From the NCBI RefSeq assembly GCF_001194135.2, contig NC_068982.1, forward strand, positions 141,673,527 through 141,730,603: 57,077 nt of DNA, given 5' to 3'. Numbering within the stretch: the first letter of the stretch is position 1; each line of letters starts with the position of its first letter. Below are positions 12,535 through 25,860 of the stretch, piece by piece. This stretch comes from Octopus bimaculoides (lineage: Eukaryota). Under the pieces are notes generated by a model that had not been told where the DNA came from, did not search any database, and worked only from the letters and a program-made list of their open reading frames with translations. A program made the position numbers and the translations under genes.

Positions 12535-14360
12535 AATAAGGATAAGATCGGTATTTAAAATATTGATCTTATCAAGTGGTCAGAATGGGAATAAAAACCA
12601 TCAAAGGCAATAATTATTTAAAATTATAATACAGGGTATCAAGAGATACCACCACGCTGAAAAAATNNNNNNNNNNNNNNNNNNNNNNNNNNNNNNNNNN
12701 NNNNNNNNNNNNNNNNNNNNNNNNNNNNNNNNNNNNNNNNNNNNNNNNNNNNNNNNNNNNNNNNNNNNNNNNNNNNNNNNNNNNNNNNNNNNNNNNNNNN
12801 NNNNNNNNNNNNNNNNNNNNNNNNNNNNNNNNNNNNNNNNNNNNNNNNNNNNNNNNNNNNNNNNNNNNNNNNNNNNNNNNNNNNNNNNNNNNNNNNNNNN
12901 NNNNNNNNNNNNNNNNNNNNNNNNNNNNNNNNNNNNNNNNNNNNNNNNNNNNNNNNNNNNNNNNNNNNNNNNNNNNNNNNNNNNNNNNNNNNNNNNNNNN
13001 NNNNNNNNNNNNNNNNNNNNNNNNNNNNNNNNNNNNNNNNNNNNNNNNNNNNNNNNNNNNNNNNNNNNNNNNNNNNNNNNNNNNNNNNNNNNNNNNNNNN
13101 NNNNNNNNNNNNNNNNNNNNNNNNNNNNNNNNNNNNNNNNNNNNNNNNNNNNNNNNNNNNNNNNNNNNNNNNNNNNNNNNNNNNNNNNNNNNNNNNNNNN
13201 NNNNNNNNNNNNNNNNNNNNNNNNNNNNNNNNNNNNNNNNNNNNNNNNNNNNNNNNNNNNNNNNNNNNNNNNNNNNNNNNNNNNNNNNNNNNNNNNNNNN
13301 NNNNNNNNNNNNNNNNNNNNNNNNNNNNNNNNNNNNNNNNNNNNNNNNNNNNNNNNNNNNATATATATATATATATATATATATAAATTTATTAACAAGG
13401 GTAGAAATTGATATTAATCAATTAAAACCATTGGTCTAGCATATTAAATCTTCGGATATATATATATATATATAGGAAGGTGACTCAAGGTCCGAGAGTT
13501 TCGTGTGTTAGAAGTACCAACGTACGAATCTCACGGACCTTGGACATTAAAAACTGGAATGAGGACACATGATGTAAATAAGAAATGGCAAAAGAAATTA
13601 AAGAAGAGTCACGTCGTCTTTGACTGTAGAAATAACAAGAAAAAATATTTATTGTTAGAAATGCAATGAGGTGACAGAATCGATCGCACGCCGGAGAAAA
13701 TGCTTAACGGAATTTCGTCCGAGTTGAAAGTCTACCAAGTTTGATTTTCCCTTTCGTGCCCATGATATAAGTAGCAGCTGTATACGTCGGTGGATGAATT
13801 GAACTTGTTGCAAAATTTGGACCGAATGTTTATTGTTAGAATTTAAATGTGTCATTTAAATTGTGACTATGTAGTATATCTTAGATGTCTCATCAGTGTC
13901 ACACACACACACACACGCACACGCGCACGCACACACACACACACGCACACACGCACACGCAGACACACACACACACAAACATTATTTCCTCTTGTAGTCA
14001 CACAATTCAAAGGTGAATTGCATTATGGTAAAATTGCATTTCATAGCGTCAACTTTGGCGACAAATAATTTAATAATTAAGAAAATTTTCTTACCTATAT
14101 GCGAATATTTCAAGAGTAGAAAGACAGAATTGAATTAGCTAATATATTTTATAGTTCCGCCTGTACCGAATTCAAGTCTTTGACGTTATTAATCTCTGTA
14201 TGTAATTCATCTTTAGAAAAGAAGAGATTCATGTCGCTATGGGATTATGGAGAATATTGCGGTTTTACTTGCCCTGGAAAATTTGAAAGAAAAACGTGTA
14301 TTTATCCGATAAAATGAGGTAATTAAAGAACGCATTTACGTGATCATTAATTTCTGTGAA

Positions 14361-14590
14361 GGCACGTGGCTTAGTAAGTGGAGTATTTGGCTCATAATCA
14401 TAAGATTACAAGGTCGTTTCCCGGCGGCACGTTGAGTCCTTGAGCACGAAATGTTATTTCACGTTGCACTTGTTCACTCAGCTTGCAAAAAAATAAGTAG
14501 TACCTATAATTCAAACGGCCAGCCTTGCAGAATCCTGTTGTGCTAAATTTCCACGAGAACTATGTTAAGGGTATAGGTGTCTGTCGAGCT
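14361..14590 (+). mobile_element. tRNA-derived SINE (third family; CORE-like middle), 3' truncated
   Basis: ggcacgtggcttagt head, B-box-like ggtcgtttccc, gtccttgagcacga...cactcagct body; the tail tcaaacggccagcctt...gagaactatgttaaggg is shared with the SINE at 45713. Confidence 0.65.
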
Positions 14591-14614
14591 ATGTTGGGGG
14601 TAAAAATACAGACA

Positions 14615-14662
<48 letters not shown>

Positions 14663-14771
14663 NNNNNNNNNNNNNNNNNNNNNNNNNNNNNNNNNNNNNN
14701 NNNNNNNNNNNNNNNNNNNNNNNNNNNNNNNNNNNNNNNNNNNNNNNNNATATATATATATATATACATAT

Positions 14772-14941
14772 ATACGACGGACTCCTTTCTGTTTCCGCCT
14801 ACCAACCAAATCCTCTCACAAGACTTTGGTCGGCCCGAGGCTATAGTAGAAGACACCTCCCCAAGCTACCTCGCAGTGGGACTGAACCCGGAGCCATGTG
14901 GTTCGTAAACATGCTACTTACCACACAGCCACTCCTACGCC
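14772..14941 (-). mobile_element. 5' half of OR-like SINE
   Basis: Reverse complement begins ggcgtaggagtggctgtgtggtaagtagcatgtttacgaaccacatgg...gggttcagtcccactgcg. Confidence 0.9.
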
Positions 14942-15029
14942 TATTATCAAACTTTACTGTTATAATTACCGTGAGAAACTCTCTCAGGTTGGCTTTTGGT
15001 ACAAAATGCATGCTTGTCTCTCTATATAG

Positions 15030-15380
15030 CAAGTGGGGAGAAAAATCCCCGCCATCTCCAGCACCGTGACCACCAGACCACGTGATTTTGATCTTTCTTG
15101 ATCGTGTTATGGATGGACGCTCCCTACATATGAAATATAGCAAATAACAGCCAGGACAGGAGCTGGTATCCCGATTTGTTACTTAGCTTATTAAGAGACA
15201 TTTATTAGCGACAGAAAAAATGTCCAGACTGAGAGGTAGTTAACACGATAAAATATTGTCTTTTGGTGCAACATACACTCTTGCTTGTATTGCTAACGGG
15301 CAGATAATTCCCCGCCATCTTCCATGCCAAGATCACCAAATCACATAAATTCTACCTTCATTGTCTTTTGGATAATCATC
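15030..15380 (+). mobile_element. Tc1/mariner-superfamily transposase C-terminal remnant
   Basis: KWGEKSPPSPAP*PPDHV resembles RWIGRGSxxSPAPLPWPPRSPDL; LACIANG near 15290; a second PRSP-like segment at 15310-15375. Heavily decayed. Confidence 0.45.
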
Positions 15381-17600
15381 AAGAAGTTTTAAAAAAGTAG
15401 GATTATAAATATTTTATGTAGGACAAAAACCTTGATATTGCCCGCGATGACAAAAAATGCTTGAAAACTTAACCGTCATTTAACAAGAAACACTTGATTA
15501 TTCTAATAATCTTTTCCCTACAGAATAGTTTCTCGTAAACAACAATTTGAATAAGCTAAGTTGCTAAATTATACGTTTCAATTATTTCACAATATTTGAC
15601 ACTTTGTAAAAGTATATAACTTCTTGCACACGCAGAATAATAAATGTTCTAGTGCTGAAAGTAGATTTCTGATAGTTTCAGTCTACTCAATCATTTTGAG
15701 TTCAATACTGGTACTTAAGTATTGAAACGGCAGTGTGATTTGAACAGAGATTGAGACGAGATATAACGGAAATCATCAAATGATATAATGAATCTCTCTA
15801 CAATTTCTGTCACACTATTTTAACTAATGAGGTCAAGTGGTGTAGTATTCCACAAATTCGCTGACAGCTACAATAGATTCAGTCAGTTCCACGACTTGCC
15901 CGCTATATTAGTTTCTCGTTCGTATGAGGATGAAAGAAACTTTTGAATGCGAAAGCATTTGATGTCAACGCATAAAAGTCAATAATAGCATATCACAAGT
16001 CTTTTAGTTTGGCGCTCTACCGGACTGGTTATCCACCGTCTTCTCCTGAAATAATTAATAACGACAAAGAATACATGAAATGTTTAACAGTAAACTGTCG
16101 TCGTGGTAATCATAATGAAAACCAATCCTATTATGAAATATACCAGCTATCTTCATAGATAATGCAATACACAGGAATAATATGAACCCATTGTAGGTCT
16201 GACATCAACATAAATATTAATGTATCGTTCGCCTTCGTTTTAGTACTCATATACATAATAAATAATATGTTTGTTCTCGAATGTTCAGTGGTTAAATGCA
16301 ATACTATTGAGGATTTTAAAATTCTTCATTGAAATATAATAATACTAAAATAAGACAAAGGAAATAATATCGCCATGTATGTATCTCCTCTGTCAAGCAC
16401 TGATAATGGTAAATATTTTGTAGTATACTGCAGTTGTCATCTAAAGCCAAAGTTTTGGCGTTACTGTAACGTGTCCTCCAGTATTTGAAGTAAAGAATCA
16501 AATGTTTAAAATTTCATAGCACAAACGGAATATTTATGAGTCATTAAACATTCTGCAACACTTGTGGTTGATTAATTTTAGTCATACCGGAATTCGAAAA
16601 AGAGAGAATGAAAGTGTGATGAAGAGATGAAATGATTTGCATCTGCCATCATTTTGACCGTCGGAATACTGAAGTGAGAAACAGGATATACAAGAACATG
16701 ATTTGGTAGGGCAATGCATTGATTTTATTCCAACGTAATTCTAACATAGGCTATTTTATCACGCTGCAATATGGAAACGACCGAAACCTAATTAATAGCA
16801 GTTCACACAAAGGTCCGATAATGCATATGATAATAAATCAGGTACTTTCAAAGTGCCTAAATTATGTTCCATATTCTTCAATAGTCTAATATTTTTGAGT
16901 TCAATTGCAATCAATATATTCCTTTACACTGCTAAAGTCAAGGAAATAAACATCAACAATATATATTAAATCAATTCACGGATCGCATAGTCAAATCATA
17001 CATTTGACGGTACAATTTTACTTTGTAAATGTATTCGGTAACGGGTCAGGTATATTGATTTCTTTCAAACCGAACATGGTTATTACATTTGGAAAATGAT
17101 CGAAAGTCAGAACATACAATTTCTATAAATCTATATACGCTTGTCCCAATAAAGTATTCTTATTAATTAGGGAGGCAGTCAGATAGCATGTGGATAAGTT
17201 TTATATCGAATGCTTTTGATCTTTGTAGTAAACCAATGATATTTGTTGCTAAATTTGGCAACGGCCACAAATAGATGTCCAGTATTTGGTCGTTTAGATT
17301 GAAGGCGGTAAAACCCTGAACTATGTAATAATGAAATTTAGGTTTTGTTTCCGAGTTGAATTAATGATGATGCTGTTATGTGGCGTTCGCTTTACACCAA
17401 GAATTGAGATACGATGTTGTCCCTTGAAGTCGCCAAAAGTTTATACCTAGTTTTATAATACTCGATAATGACTTGAAAATATCGATTTATCCCATACTAA
17501 CGGCGTACAGTTATATATGTGTGAGTGTCGGTTTGCGTGTGCGCATGCGTTTAACTATACATATACATCATTACCTATCTATTTATATATATATAAATAA

Positions 17601-17826
17601 GGCAGCGAGCTGGCAGAAACGTTAGTGCGCCGGGTGAAATGCTTAGCGGTATTTCGTCTGCAGTTACGTTCCGAGTCAAATTCCGCCGAGCTCAGCTTTG
17701 TCTTTGATCTTTTCAGGGTCGATAAATAAAGTACCAGTTACGCACTGTGGTTGATGTAATCGACTTGGTCCTTTGTCTGTCCTTGTTTGTATCCTCTATG
17801 TTTAGCCCCTTGTGGGCAATAAAGAA

Positions 17827-17828
<2 letters not shown>
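17601..17828 (+). mobile_element. Full-length OK-like tRNA-derived SINE
   Basis: ggcagcgagctggcagaaacgttag...gagtcaaattccgccgag...aagtaccagttacgcactg...gtgggcaataaagaaata; collinear with 20631-20860. Confidence 0.9.
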
Positions 17829-17900
<72 letters not shown>

Positions 17901-18182
17901 NNNNNNNNNNNNNNNNNNNNNNNNNNNNNNNNNNNNNNNNNNNNNNNNNNNNNNNNNNNNNNNNNNNNNNNNNNNNNNNNNNNNNNNNNNNNNNNNNNNN
18001 NNNNNNNNNNNNNNNNNNNNNNNNNNNNNNNNNNNNNNNNNNNNNNNNNNNNNNNNNNNNNNNNNNNNNNNNNNNNNNNNNNNNNNNNNNNNNNNNNNNN
18101 NNNNNNNNNNNNNNNNNNNNNNNNNNNNNNNNNNNNNNNNNNNNNNNNNNNNNNNNNNNNNNNNNNNNNNNNTATATATATA

Positions 18183-18214
<32 letters not shown>

Positions 18215-18238
18215 CATACATACATATATGCAAGCATG

Positions 18239-18270
<32 letters not shown>

Positions 18271-19839
18271 CACACATGCATACATACGTACATACATACA
18301 TACAAATATACACATATGTATGCTTGTGTGTGAGTTATTGTGTGTGTTTGATTTTGCTTCGGCTAACCTGAAGGTTACCCACTGCCCTTCAATATTGTCC
18401 TATACGATGTGAGCCGAGTTAAAATAGGATAACTTTATACTTTACTTATATTTCTCTATCTCGGTGTGTGACATAGTCATTCTGACACCTAACGAATATG
18501 TCTCGGTTTTCCTTACCAAATATCAATCGCAACTTAAGATATTTTACTTGCTTGACCTTGTCTGGATGTGGCATTCCATCAGTAATTGAAAACATTAATA
18601 ACGGCATTAGTATTCTTTTGTATTTATGCAAGATATATGCGAAATGTAGAAATCGATTTAATTAGATTGCAAATATTGGAAGAGATCTTTTCGAAAAATA
18701 TAAGAATATTACAATATATTTGCTCTGATAGTTTTGTAATTAATTCCTGGCTGTTCACCAACGAAAATGTAGAAATTATATAAGAATATATTGGAAAAGT
18801 TATTTGATTATATATCCTACGTAATTTACATCACGTTGTGTGACAGCAACACATTGGTTTTATAAGTACTTTTTATCTGTTGTCTGAATAATTTCTACAT
18901 TACTTCACTATAAATCATTTATTGATTTAACACCAGCGTTCACCACTAACATTGTTTTGCACATTCCCCAGATACGTAAATTAATGCATATTTGAGGGAT
19001 ACAAAGCCATATTCTGTAGCTCATACGCTTGGTGATTAATTCCTCATATGCTCTAAATTACCATTTCATTTACAAGAATGATAAAAATTAGAATGCAAAT
19101 ATGAAACACTTAACCGTGTTAGTTACAAAACTGTATGAGATTTAAAAAGAAAATAATCGCTCACATTTCCTAGACATAGTCATGAGGCAATTTTTATACA
19201 TTATCATACATATCATAGATAGACTGTTATTTCATTAAACTGTTACGTCAGTCTAAAAGTAACTACACGTTTCCAGAGAAATATTAAAATGTTATATGTC
19301 AATTTTTTTTTTTAGTTAAAATATATTTACGCATGATTTGTGGTTGGTTAGGCTGATATTTCTAGCACAATAAACGTCCATATAAATGTTCGCCACTGGC
19401 TTCATTGATATATACCACGCTGATATTATTTTAAAATACCTTAACAAAACATCGGTAGAAGCTCATACAACACGTGAGATACAACACGGCGCTGCGGTGA
19501 TACGCTACTTGGTACAACTTCATTTAACAACCTAACTCTATAGTCAGTAAAAGATTGAGCCACAACGCTGTAATGCTGTTATTTTGTCATAAAATCAAGA
19601 CATTTATAATTGTTAAAGTGCGTGTTATTGTTGCGTATAACAATAGCACTAATTACTTACACAAGATATCCGAAAGCAAAATAATTGATTAATTTTCATA
19701 AGTTTCGGTCAGTTGTGTTTTATAGTGTCTCCATAGCACAGGAACACAATCTTGCATGCGATATTATAACACGTGCTTTCAGAAAAACGGACACCCATAC
19801 ACGAGGTTTCACACATACACACATATCCATGACTTCAAA

Positions 19840-19858
19840 GATATATATGTATGTGCGA

Positions 19859-19890
<32 letters not shown>

Positions 19891-20128
19891 AAATGTTTGT
19901 GTGCGTGTGTGTATTTCTATGTAAGTTTCTGCGTGTGTGTGTTCGTGTATGTGGGTTTATTTAAGTTTCTGCGTGTGTGTGTGTGTGTGTGTGTGTTTGT
20001 GTGTGTGCGCGCGTGTGTGTGTGCGTGTGTGTATGTGTTTGTTTGTGTGTAAATCTCTGTGTGTGCGTGTCTATTTCTATGTAAGTTTGTGCGTGTTCGT
20101 GTATGTGGGTCTGTTTAAATTTCCGCGC

Positions 20129-20190
<62 letters not shown>
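19840..20190. repeat. (TG)n-rich low-complexity block with an internal ~160 bp-period duplication
   Basis: gtgtaaat...tatttctatgtaagttt...gttcgtgtatgtggg occurs at ~19887 and ~20047. Confidence 0.8.
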
Positions 20191-20193
<3 letters not shown>

Positions 20194-20229
20194 GAATTTG
20201 ATTTCTGATGACAAGGCATGAAACACCGT

Positions 20230-20620
20230 ATGAACATGAAATGGAAACTTGTAAACCAGTTCAATGCAATAAGCTAATTAGCGTTATCATGACTGAAAGA
20301 ACATATACCTCAGAGTACGAAGGGGTTCAGTTTTAAGTGGAGGAGCTTAATGCACCAAATGTTACCATCATGCTCTTTCGGACCAAATGGGTTTGATATC
20401 AAATATCTAAGATACTAGAGGAATTGTTGGGAGAGAAAGTTTAGAAGCAGTCTCTAATGAAGCAAAGAAGACAAGGAAGTTGGATAAGCGTGTATTCACA
20501 ACAGATAATGTGGAGATGGAGTTTCTAAGATCATCTTTGTATTCCATCTGAAACATATTTTGTAACTGAGACATGAAAATGCTATATTTGTATCATTTTA
20601 ATTTTAATTTCCTAATATAT
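20230..20620 (+). mobile_element. Possible Penelope-like GIY-YIG C-terminal remnant
   Basis: Weak translations LKEHIPQS and FDIKYL...RKFRSSL resemble PLE RxKEH and 'KIL..E....RKFLESL' motifs. Confidence 0.25.
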
Positions 20621-20630
20621 AATATGTCAG

Positions 20631-20860
20631 GGTGGCGAGCTGGCAGTGTCATTAGCACGACGGGCGAAATACTAAGCGCTATTTCGTCTGCTGTTACGTT
20701 CTGAGTTTAAACTACGCCGAAGTCGACTTTGCTTTTCATCATTTCGGGGTCGATTAATTAAGTACCAGTTACACACTGGGGTTGAGGTAATCGACTTAAA
20801 CCCTTGTCTATCCTTGCTTTCCCCCCTTATGTTTAGCCCCCTGTGGGCAATAAAGAAATA
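20631..20860 (+). mobile_element. Full-length OK-like SINE
   Basis: ggtggcgagctggcag...gaagtcgactttgc...aagtaccagttacacactgggg...gtgggcaataaagaaata. Confidence 0.9.
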
Positions 20861-20868
20861 AGTATATA

Positions 20869-21318
20869 GGAGTGGTTGTGTGGTGGGTGGCTTGCTTACA
20901 AACCACATGGTTCCGGGTTCAGTCCCACTGCGTGGCACCTTCGGCAGGTGTCTTCTACTATAGCCTTAGGCCGACCAAAGCCTTGTGAGTGGATTTGGTA
21001 GATGGAGACTGAAAGAGGCCCGTCGTAAAATATATATGTGTGTGTGTGTGGGTGTGTGTGTGTGTGTGGGTGTGTGTGTGTGTGTGTGTGTGTGTTTGTT
21101 TGTGTGTCTGTGTTTGTCCGCCCAACGTCGCTTGACAACTCATGCTGGTTTGTTTACGTCTCCTTAACGTAGCGGTTCGGCAAAACAGACCGAGAGAATA
21201 AGTACTAGGCTTCCAAAGAATAAGTCCTGCGGTCGATTTCCTCGACTAATGGCGGTGCTCCAGCATGGCCACAGTCAAATAACTGAAATAAATAAAAGTG
21301 TAAAAGAGAGTAAAGAGT
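20869..21318 (+). mobile_element. Full-length OR-like SINE with internal (TG)n
   Basis: tRNA-like head (ggttccgggttcagtccc), body, internal (TA)(TG)n at ~21030-21110, and 3' end ggcggtgctccagcatggccacagtcaaataactgaaa followed by an A/G-rich tail. Confidence 0.92.
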
Positions 21319-22784
21319 ATATAATATATCACATTTACTATTTCCAAGATTCACCTACTTAACTCTAATCGCAATATTCCAAAGTAGTCAAGGCTCCATC
21401 TCATTTCATTAATTTCTTTAATTATTTCAGCTATATGCAAATGATTTGCGTTAGAGGTTTGCACTTAGTCGAGTTGCATAAATGTTGCTTTCCCCTAATA
21501 ACTTTCTATAATTCTGACAGTAAACCTTTTTTACTTCATCCTATATCTTTTCTTGCTGCATAAAACATGTTTCTTTCTCATTACCGACAGAATTACCATG
21601 CAATAACGCATAAACTAGGAAATGTCTCCACTTATTCGATATTATCTTATTTCTGTGCTTTCGTTTCGTTATTTGCTTTTCTTTTTATTATTAAATTAAA
21701 TTGTGGACAAAATGGGATGTCAAAATACTTCTATAGATTCTCTACATATGAGATCCTTTCTTCATCAATATTCAGTACTTTTTCCTGGCATATGTGTGTG
21801 GGTGTGAGTGCGTGTATAATACATATGCATGTGTATATATATATGGATATATATATATATANNNNNNNNNNNNNNNNNNNNNNNNNNNNNNNNNNNNNNN
21901 NNNNNNNNNNNNNNNNNNNNNNNNNNNNNNNNNNNNNNNNNNNNNNNNNNNNNNNNNNNNNNNNNNNNNNNNNNNNNNNNNNNNNNNNNNNNNNNNNNNN
22001 NNNNNNNNNNNNNNNNNNNNNNNNNNNNNNNNNNNNNNNNNNNNNNNNNNNNNNNNNNNNNNNNNNNNNNNNNNNNNNNNNNNNNNNNNNNNNNNNNNNN
22101 NNNNNNNNNNNNNNNNNNNNNNNNNNNNNNNNNNNNNNNNNNNNNNNNNNNNNNNNNNNNNNNNNNNNNNNNNNNNNNNNNNNNNNNNNNNNNNNNNNNN
22201 NNNNNNNNNNNNNNNNNNNNNNNNNNNNNNNNNNNNNNNNNNNNNNNNNNNNNNNNNNNNNNNNNNNNNNNNNNNNNNNNNNNNNNNNNNNNNNNNNNNN
22301 NNNNNNNNNNNNNNNNNNNNNNNNNNNNNNNNNNNNNNNNNNNNNNNNNNNNNNNNNNNNNNNNNNNNNNNNNNNNNNNNNNNNNNNNNNNNNNNNNNNN
22401 NNNNNNNNNNNNNNNNNNNNNNNNNNNNNNNNNNNNNNNNNNNNNNNNNNNNNNNNNNNNNNNNNNNNNNNNNNNNNNNNNNNNNNNNNNNNNNNNNNNN
22501 NNNNNNNNNNNNNNNNNNNNNNNNNNNNNNNNNNNNNNNNNNNNNNNNNNNNNNNNNNNNNNNNNNNNNNNNNNNNNNNNNNNNNNNNNNNNNNNNNNNN
22601 NNNNNNNNNNNNNNNNNNNNNNNNNNNNNNNNNNNNNNNNNNNNNNNNNNNNNNNNNNNAACTCGGAGTTTTATCATGGCTACTGAATAAGTGTCACATA
22701 TCTTCACAGATACATTCCTCTATTTGCATAATATCGAGGTCTCTTTCTTTCTTTTGTTGCCATTTCTCACACACACACACATAC

Positions 22785-22828
<44 letters not shown>

Positions 22829-23002
22829 GCGCATCAAAACCATTTTCTCCTTGTGTATCTACATTCCTTTCACAACCTTCGCTATCGTAATTACTATAAC
22901 TTAACTGTTAATCTCTGAATCTTTAAGAACATCATTTCTTCATTCACTACCTATATATTCGAGTAAATTTGTTATTAATATACTCTCTTTCTATCACACA
23001 CA

Positions 23003-23052
<50 letters not shown>

Positions 23053-23654
23053 TACACACATACACACACACTCTTCACTCTCTTTACTTCACTGGATATT
23101 GTCTCTGTTAGGGTTCTCTCCCAGCAATGTCTATGTTTGTTTTGCTAGCTTTATTACAAACACAGACATTGGAAATATGCTGATAAATATCTCTTTCACC
23201 AATAATAATTGTTTAATCAAAATTTTCAATTCTGAATAGGATTTCGACTAACATCATCTTGATTATTTTCATTTTGCACTTTTTCTGTTCATTTTGCTTT
23301 AAGTCATTAATTCCTTTCCACAAATTTGATTTTCGTATTTGTTCAGATCTATACAAATTCTATTGATATCTAACATTCACCCAACACATCTTCTACGTCA
23401 ATATCCTAAACTAATTTAACTTTTCAGTTATTGTTATTAATTGTTCTTTCATGTTACCTTACTGATTTGTAAATCCCGATCACTGAAGCTGATCATTTTC
23501 TGCCTGTATTTATCAGATTATTTCCAGACAAATTTCCTTTTTGTTTCTTATATTCTATAGATGAGCATCTAATTGTAATTGGTCATATATTCCTTCCATT
23601 TTACATTCTAGCATCTCGAAATGTAAACTTATTTAGCTTTTAACTTGTATGTTT

Positions 23655-23805
23655 TACTTATTTCAGTCATTAGACTTGCGGCCATGCTGAGGCACCGACT
23701 TACAACCGATACTGGTGGTTTTACGTCCCCGCAACTTAGCGATTTGTTCGACTAAAGGCGATGCTCCTGCATGACCATAATCAAATGTTTGAAACAAGTA
23801 AAAAG
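23655..23805. mobile_element. Two OR-like SINE 3' ends joined back-to-back
   Basis: Minus-strand 3' end at 23661-23700; plus-strand 3' part acaaccgat...gaaacaagtaaaaag at 23702-23805. Confidence 0.65.
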
Positions 23806-24189
23806 TAAAATAAAAAATTCATGTATGTATATGTATATATATATATATNNNNNNNNNNNNNNNNNNNNNNNNNNNNNNNNNNNNNNNNNNNNNNNNNNNN
23901 NNNNNNNNNNNNNNNNNNNNNNNNNNNNNNNNNNNNNNNNNNNNNNNNNNNNNNNNNNNNNNNNNNNNNNNNNNNNNNNNNNNNNNNNNNNNNNNNNNNN
24001 NNNNNNNNNNNNNNNNNNNNNNNNNNNNNNNNNNNNNNNNNNNNNNNNNNNNNNNNNNNNNNNNNNNNNNNNNNNNNNNNNNNNNNNNNNNNNNNNNNNN
24101 ATATATATATATATATATACCCGTGCATATATGCATATATGCATACATACTTACATACATACATACTTACACACGTATTATCTGTTGAG

Positions 24190-24835
24190 GTAGTCTACCT
24201 AAAATTTCTCTTTGGCCATCAGCTTTGTTTTCTCCGACATTGGTGACCATATTGGGTTTGTAGGAAGAGCAAATTCTCTATAAGGTTATAGACCGGGTTG
24301 ACTTAACAAACTTCTAATCATTCTTATTGAATATATTTCTTAACGTATTTCCTCATATTTAGTACTTCGCTGTGTGCTCGGAATATCTGGAGTAATCAAT
24401 CGAACAGTGAGGGAAATAGAAAACCTTTCATCGTGAAAGTTACAATTGCTGATGTCAGATTTTTGAGTGAACACATCAAAATGAACATCAAATACCCATA
24501 TTTAATCCCTGCAATCCATTATTGCATGATCGATGTTGTTGATGTCATGCGTTCCATTTGCCAACAAGATATACTTATGGTGCTTTATTTCATCCTCACC
24601 TTCCTATCCATAATCCATACATTTCTCCTTTGTATTTTCCCATTAAATATGTTTTCCTGTATCTTTTCATGTAGATGATATTATTTACGTTATCTATCAT
24701 ATGTTAATCAAAGTACACATGAGGTACCATCTTGTATCCTATACTCTCGCATTATTAGCCTCTTCAATCTCTCTGGATATCATATTCTTCTCTTGTGTAG
24801 AACCTTGTAATAATATGCGAGGGATTCAAAGGAGA
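24190..24835 (-). mobile_element. Ancient LINE remnant, APE endonuclease (RTE-like)
   Basis: Minus strand gives NNIDHAI (~24520-24540) then SD-HQ (~24450), the order of the APE NQIDHI and SDH motifs; many stops. Confidence 0.35.
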
Positions 24836-25079
24836 TGTAATTCACAAAGAATTTAATTTTGCAATTGTTCTTTAAATATTCGCTACACTTCTATAGATTT
24901 GAGATTAATATATTTTGATAATATATATTAAGTAATGTGTATTGATTGTTTCTCCAAACATTTTGAAATTTATTATAACAGAAGTTTTCCAATTTCAGGA
25001 TATATAGTTACAACCGAAAGTAATGTGAAAATGCGCTTGCGTTTTTTCCATTACCTGACATTGGTCGTTCACATTACAA

Positions 25080-25860
25080 ACGTTGATAGAACACGTTTTC
25101 TTCCATAGAGAATTACAACTTAAACATATTCTTTATCAGAACAGATGCATTTGCGCCATTGATAATCACAACTCTTGAATCCGTTTTAAAACATGTTAGG
25201 GTGGCACTGTCATCATCGCTTCTTCACTGTCGATAGTAATACTTCTTCTCCAAGAAGCTTGCCTTCCATTGTGCGGTTGATGCAAAACCAGTGATCAGCC
25301 CAAATGACCGACAGCCTGGTTTGTTGCTGAATATGTTTTGTTGTACATTCTCATCGTTAATTTGGATCGCTTTCGGGTTTTCTTTGATCTGTTCCACCTG
25401 ATGTATTCTCTAAACTTTTTTTAGTGACATAATGCCATTCTAGCCGCTGTAGACAGTACATCCGTTTTCTTTTATATCAAAGAGAACGTGTCCCTTACCC
25501 TTACAATATCTTCAGTACAATTTCCTGTATCAATCATTGGTAGTCGAACTATTTACACATTGAAAAACAGGTGACATCATTTTATGGCCTATAAGTGCGT
25601 CTCTGATTTTCGTAAACAATAACCAGATTGGAAACAAGGTATGTTCACTGAATTCAAACATTCCCAACAGAGGCAGATGTCTACGATACTCTCCTTCAAA
25701 TAGGGTGCCAACTGCCGAGGCAGCCAGTTGCATGCACATTCTGAGACCAAAAATCTTCCACCATCTTTTCTAATTTATAGTAATCACGGTCCATTCATGC
25801 AGCTAAGTCGCATCTGTTCGCACAATTCCATTCATACATGTCGAAATGCCTACAACCTTG
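25080..25860 (-). mobile_element. Decayed piggyBac-like transposase
   Basis: Ordered degenerate motifs: EQM, IFGLRMCM (RFGFKxW-like), FDIKENG, NRTMEGKLL (YNxxMGGVDLL-like), KKR**Q (KKWW-like). Confidence 0.5.

Noticed and set aside
14970-15123. Apparent 154 bp minus-strand exon (tag|GG...ACG|gtaatt; ERPSITRSRKIKITWSGGHGAGDGGDF...)
   Set aside because: It has plausible splice sites and an open frame, but the opposite strand reads as a decayed Tc1/mariner motif (SPPSPAP*PP), the peptide matches nothing I recognise, and I found no partner exons. Spliced RNA-seq reads would revive it.
20204-20225. Second hammerhead-like string ctgatga-caaggcat-gaaac
   Set aside because: The intervening bases cannot form stem II and I found no stem III/NUH partner.
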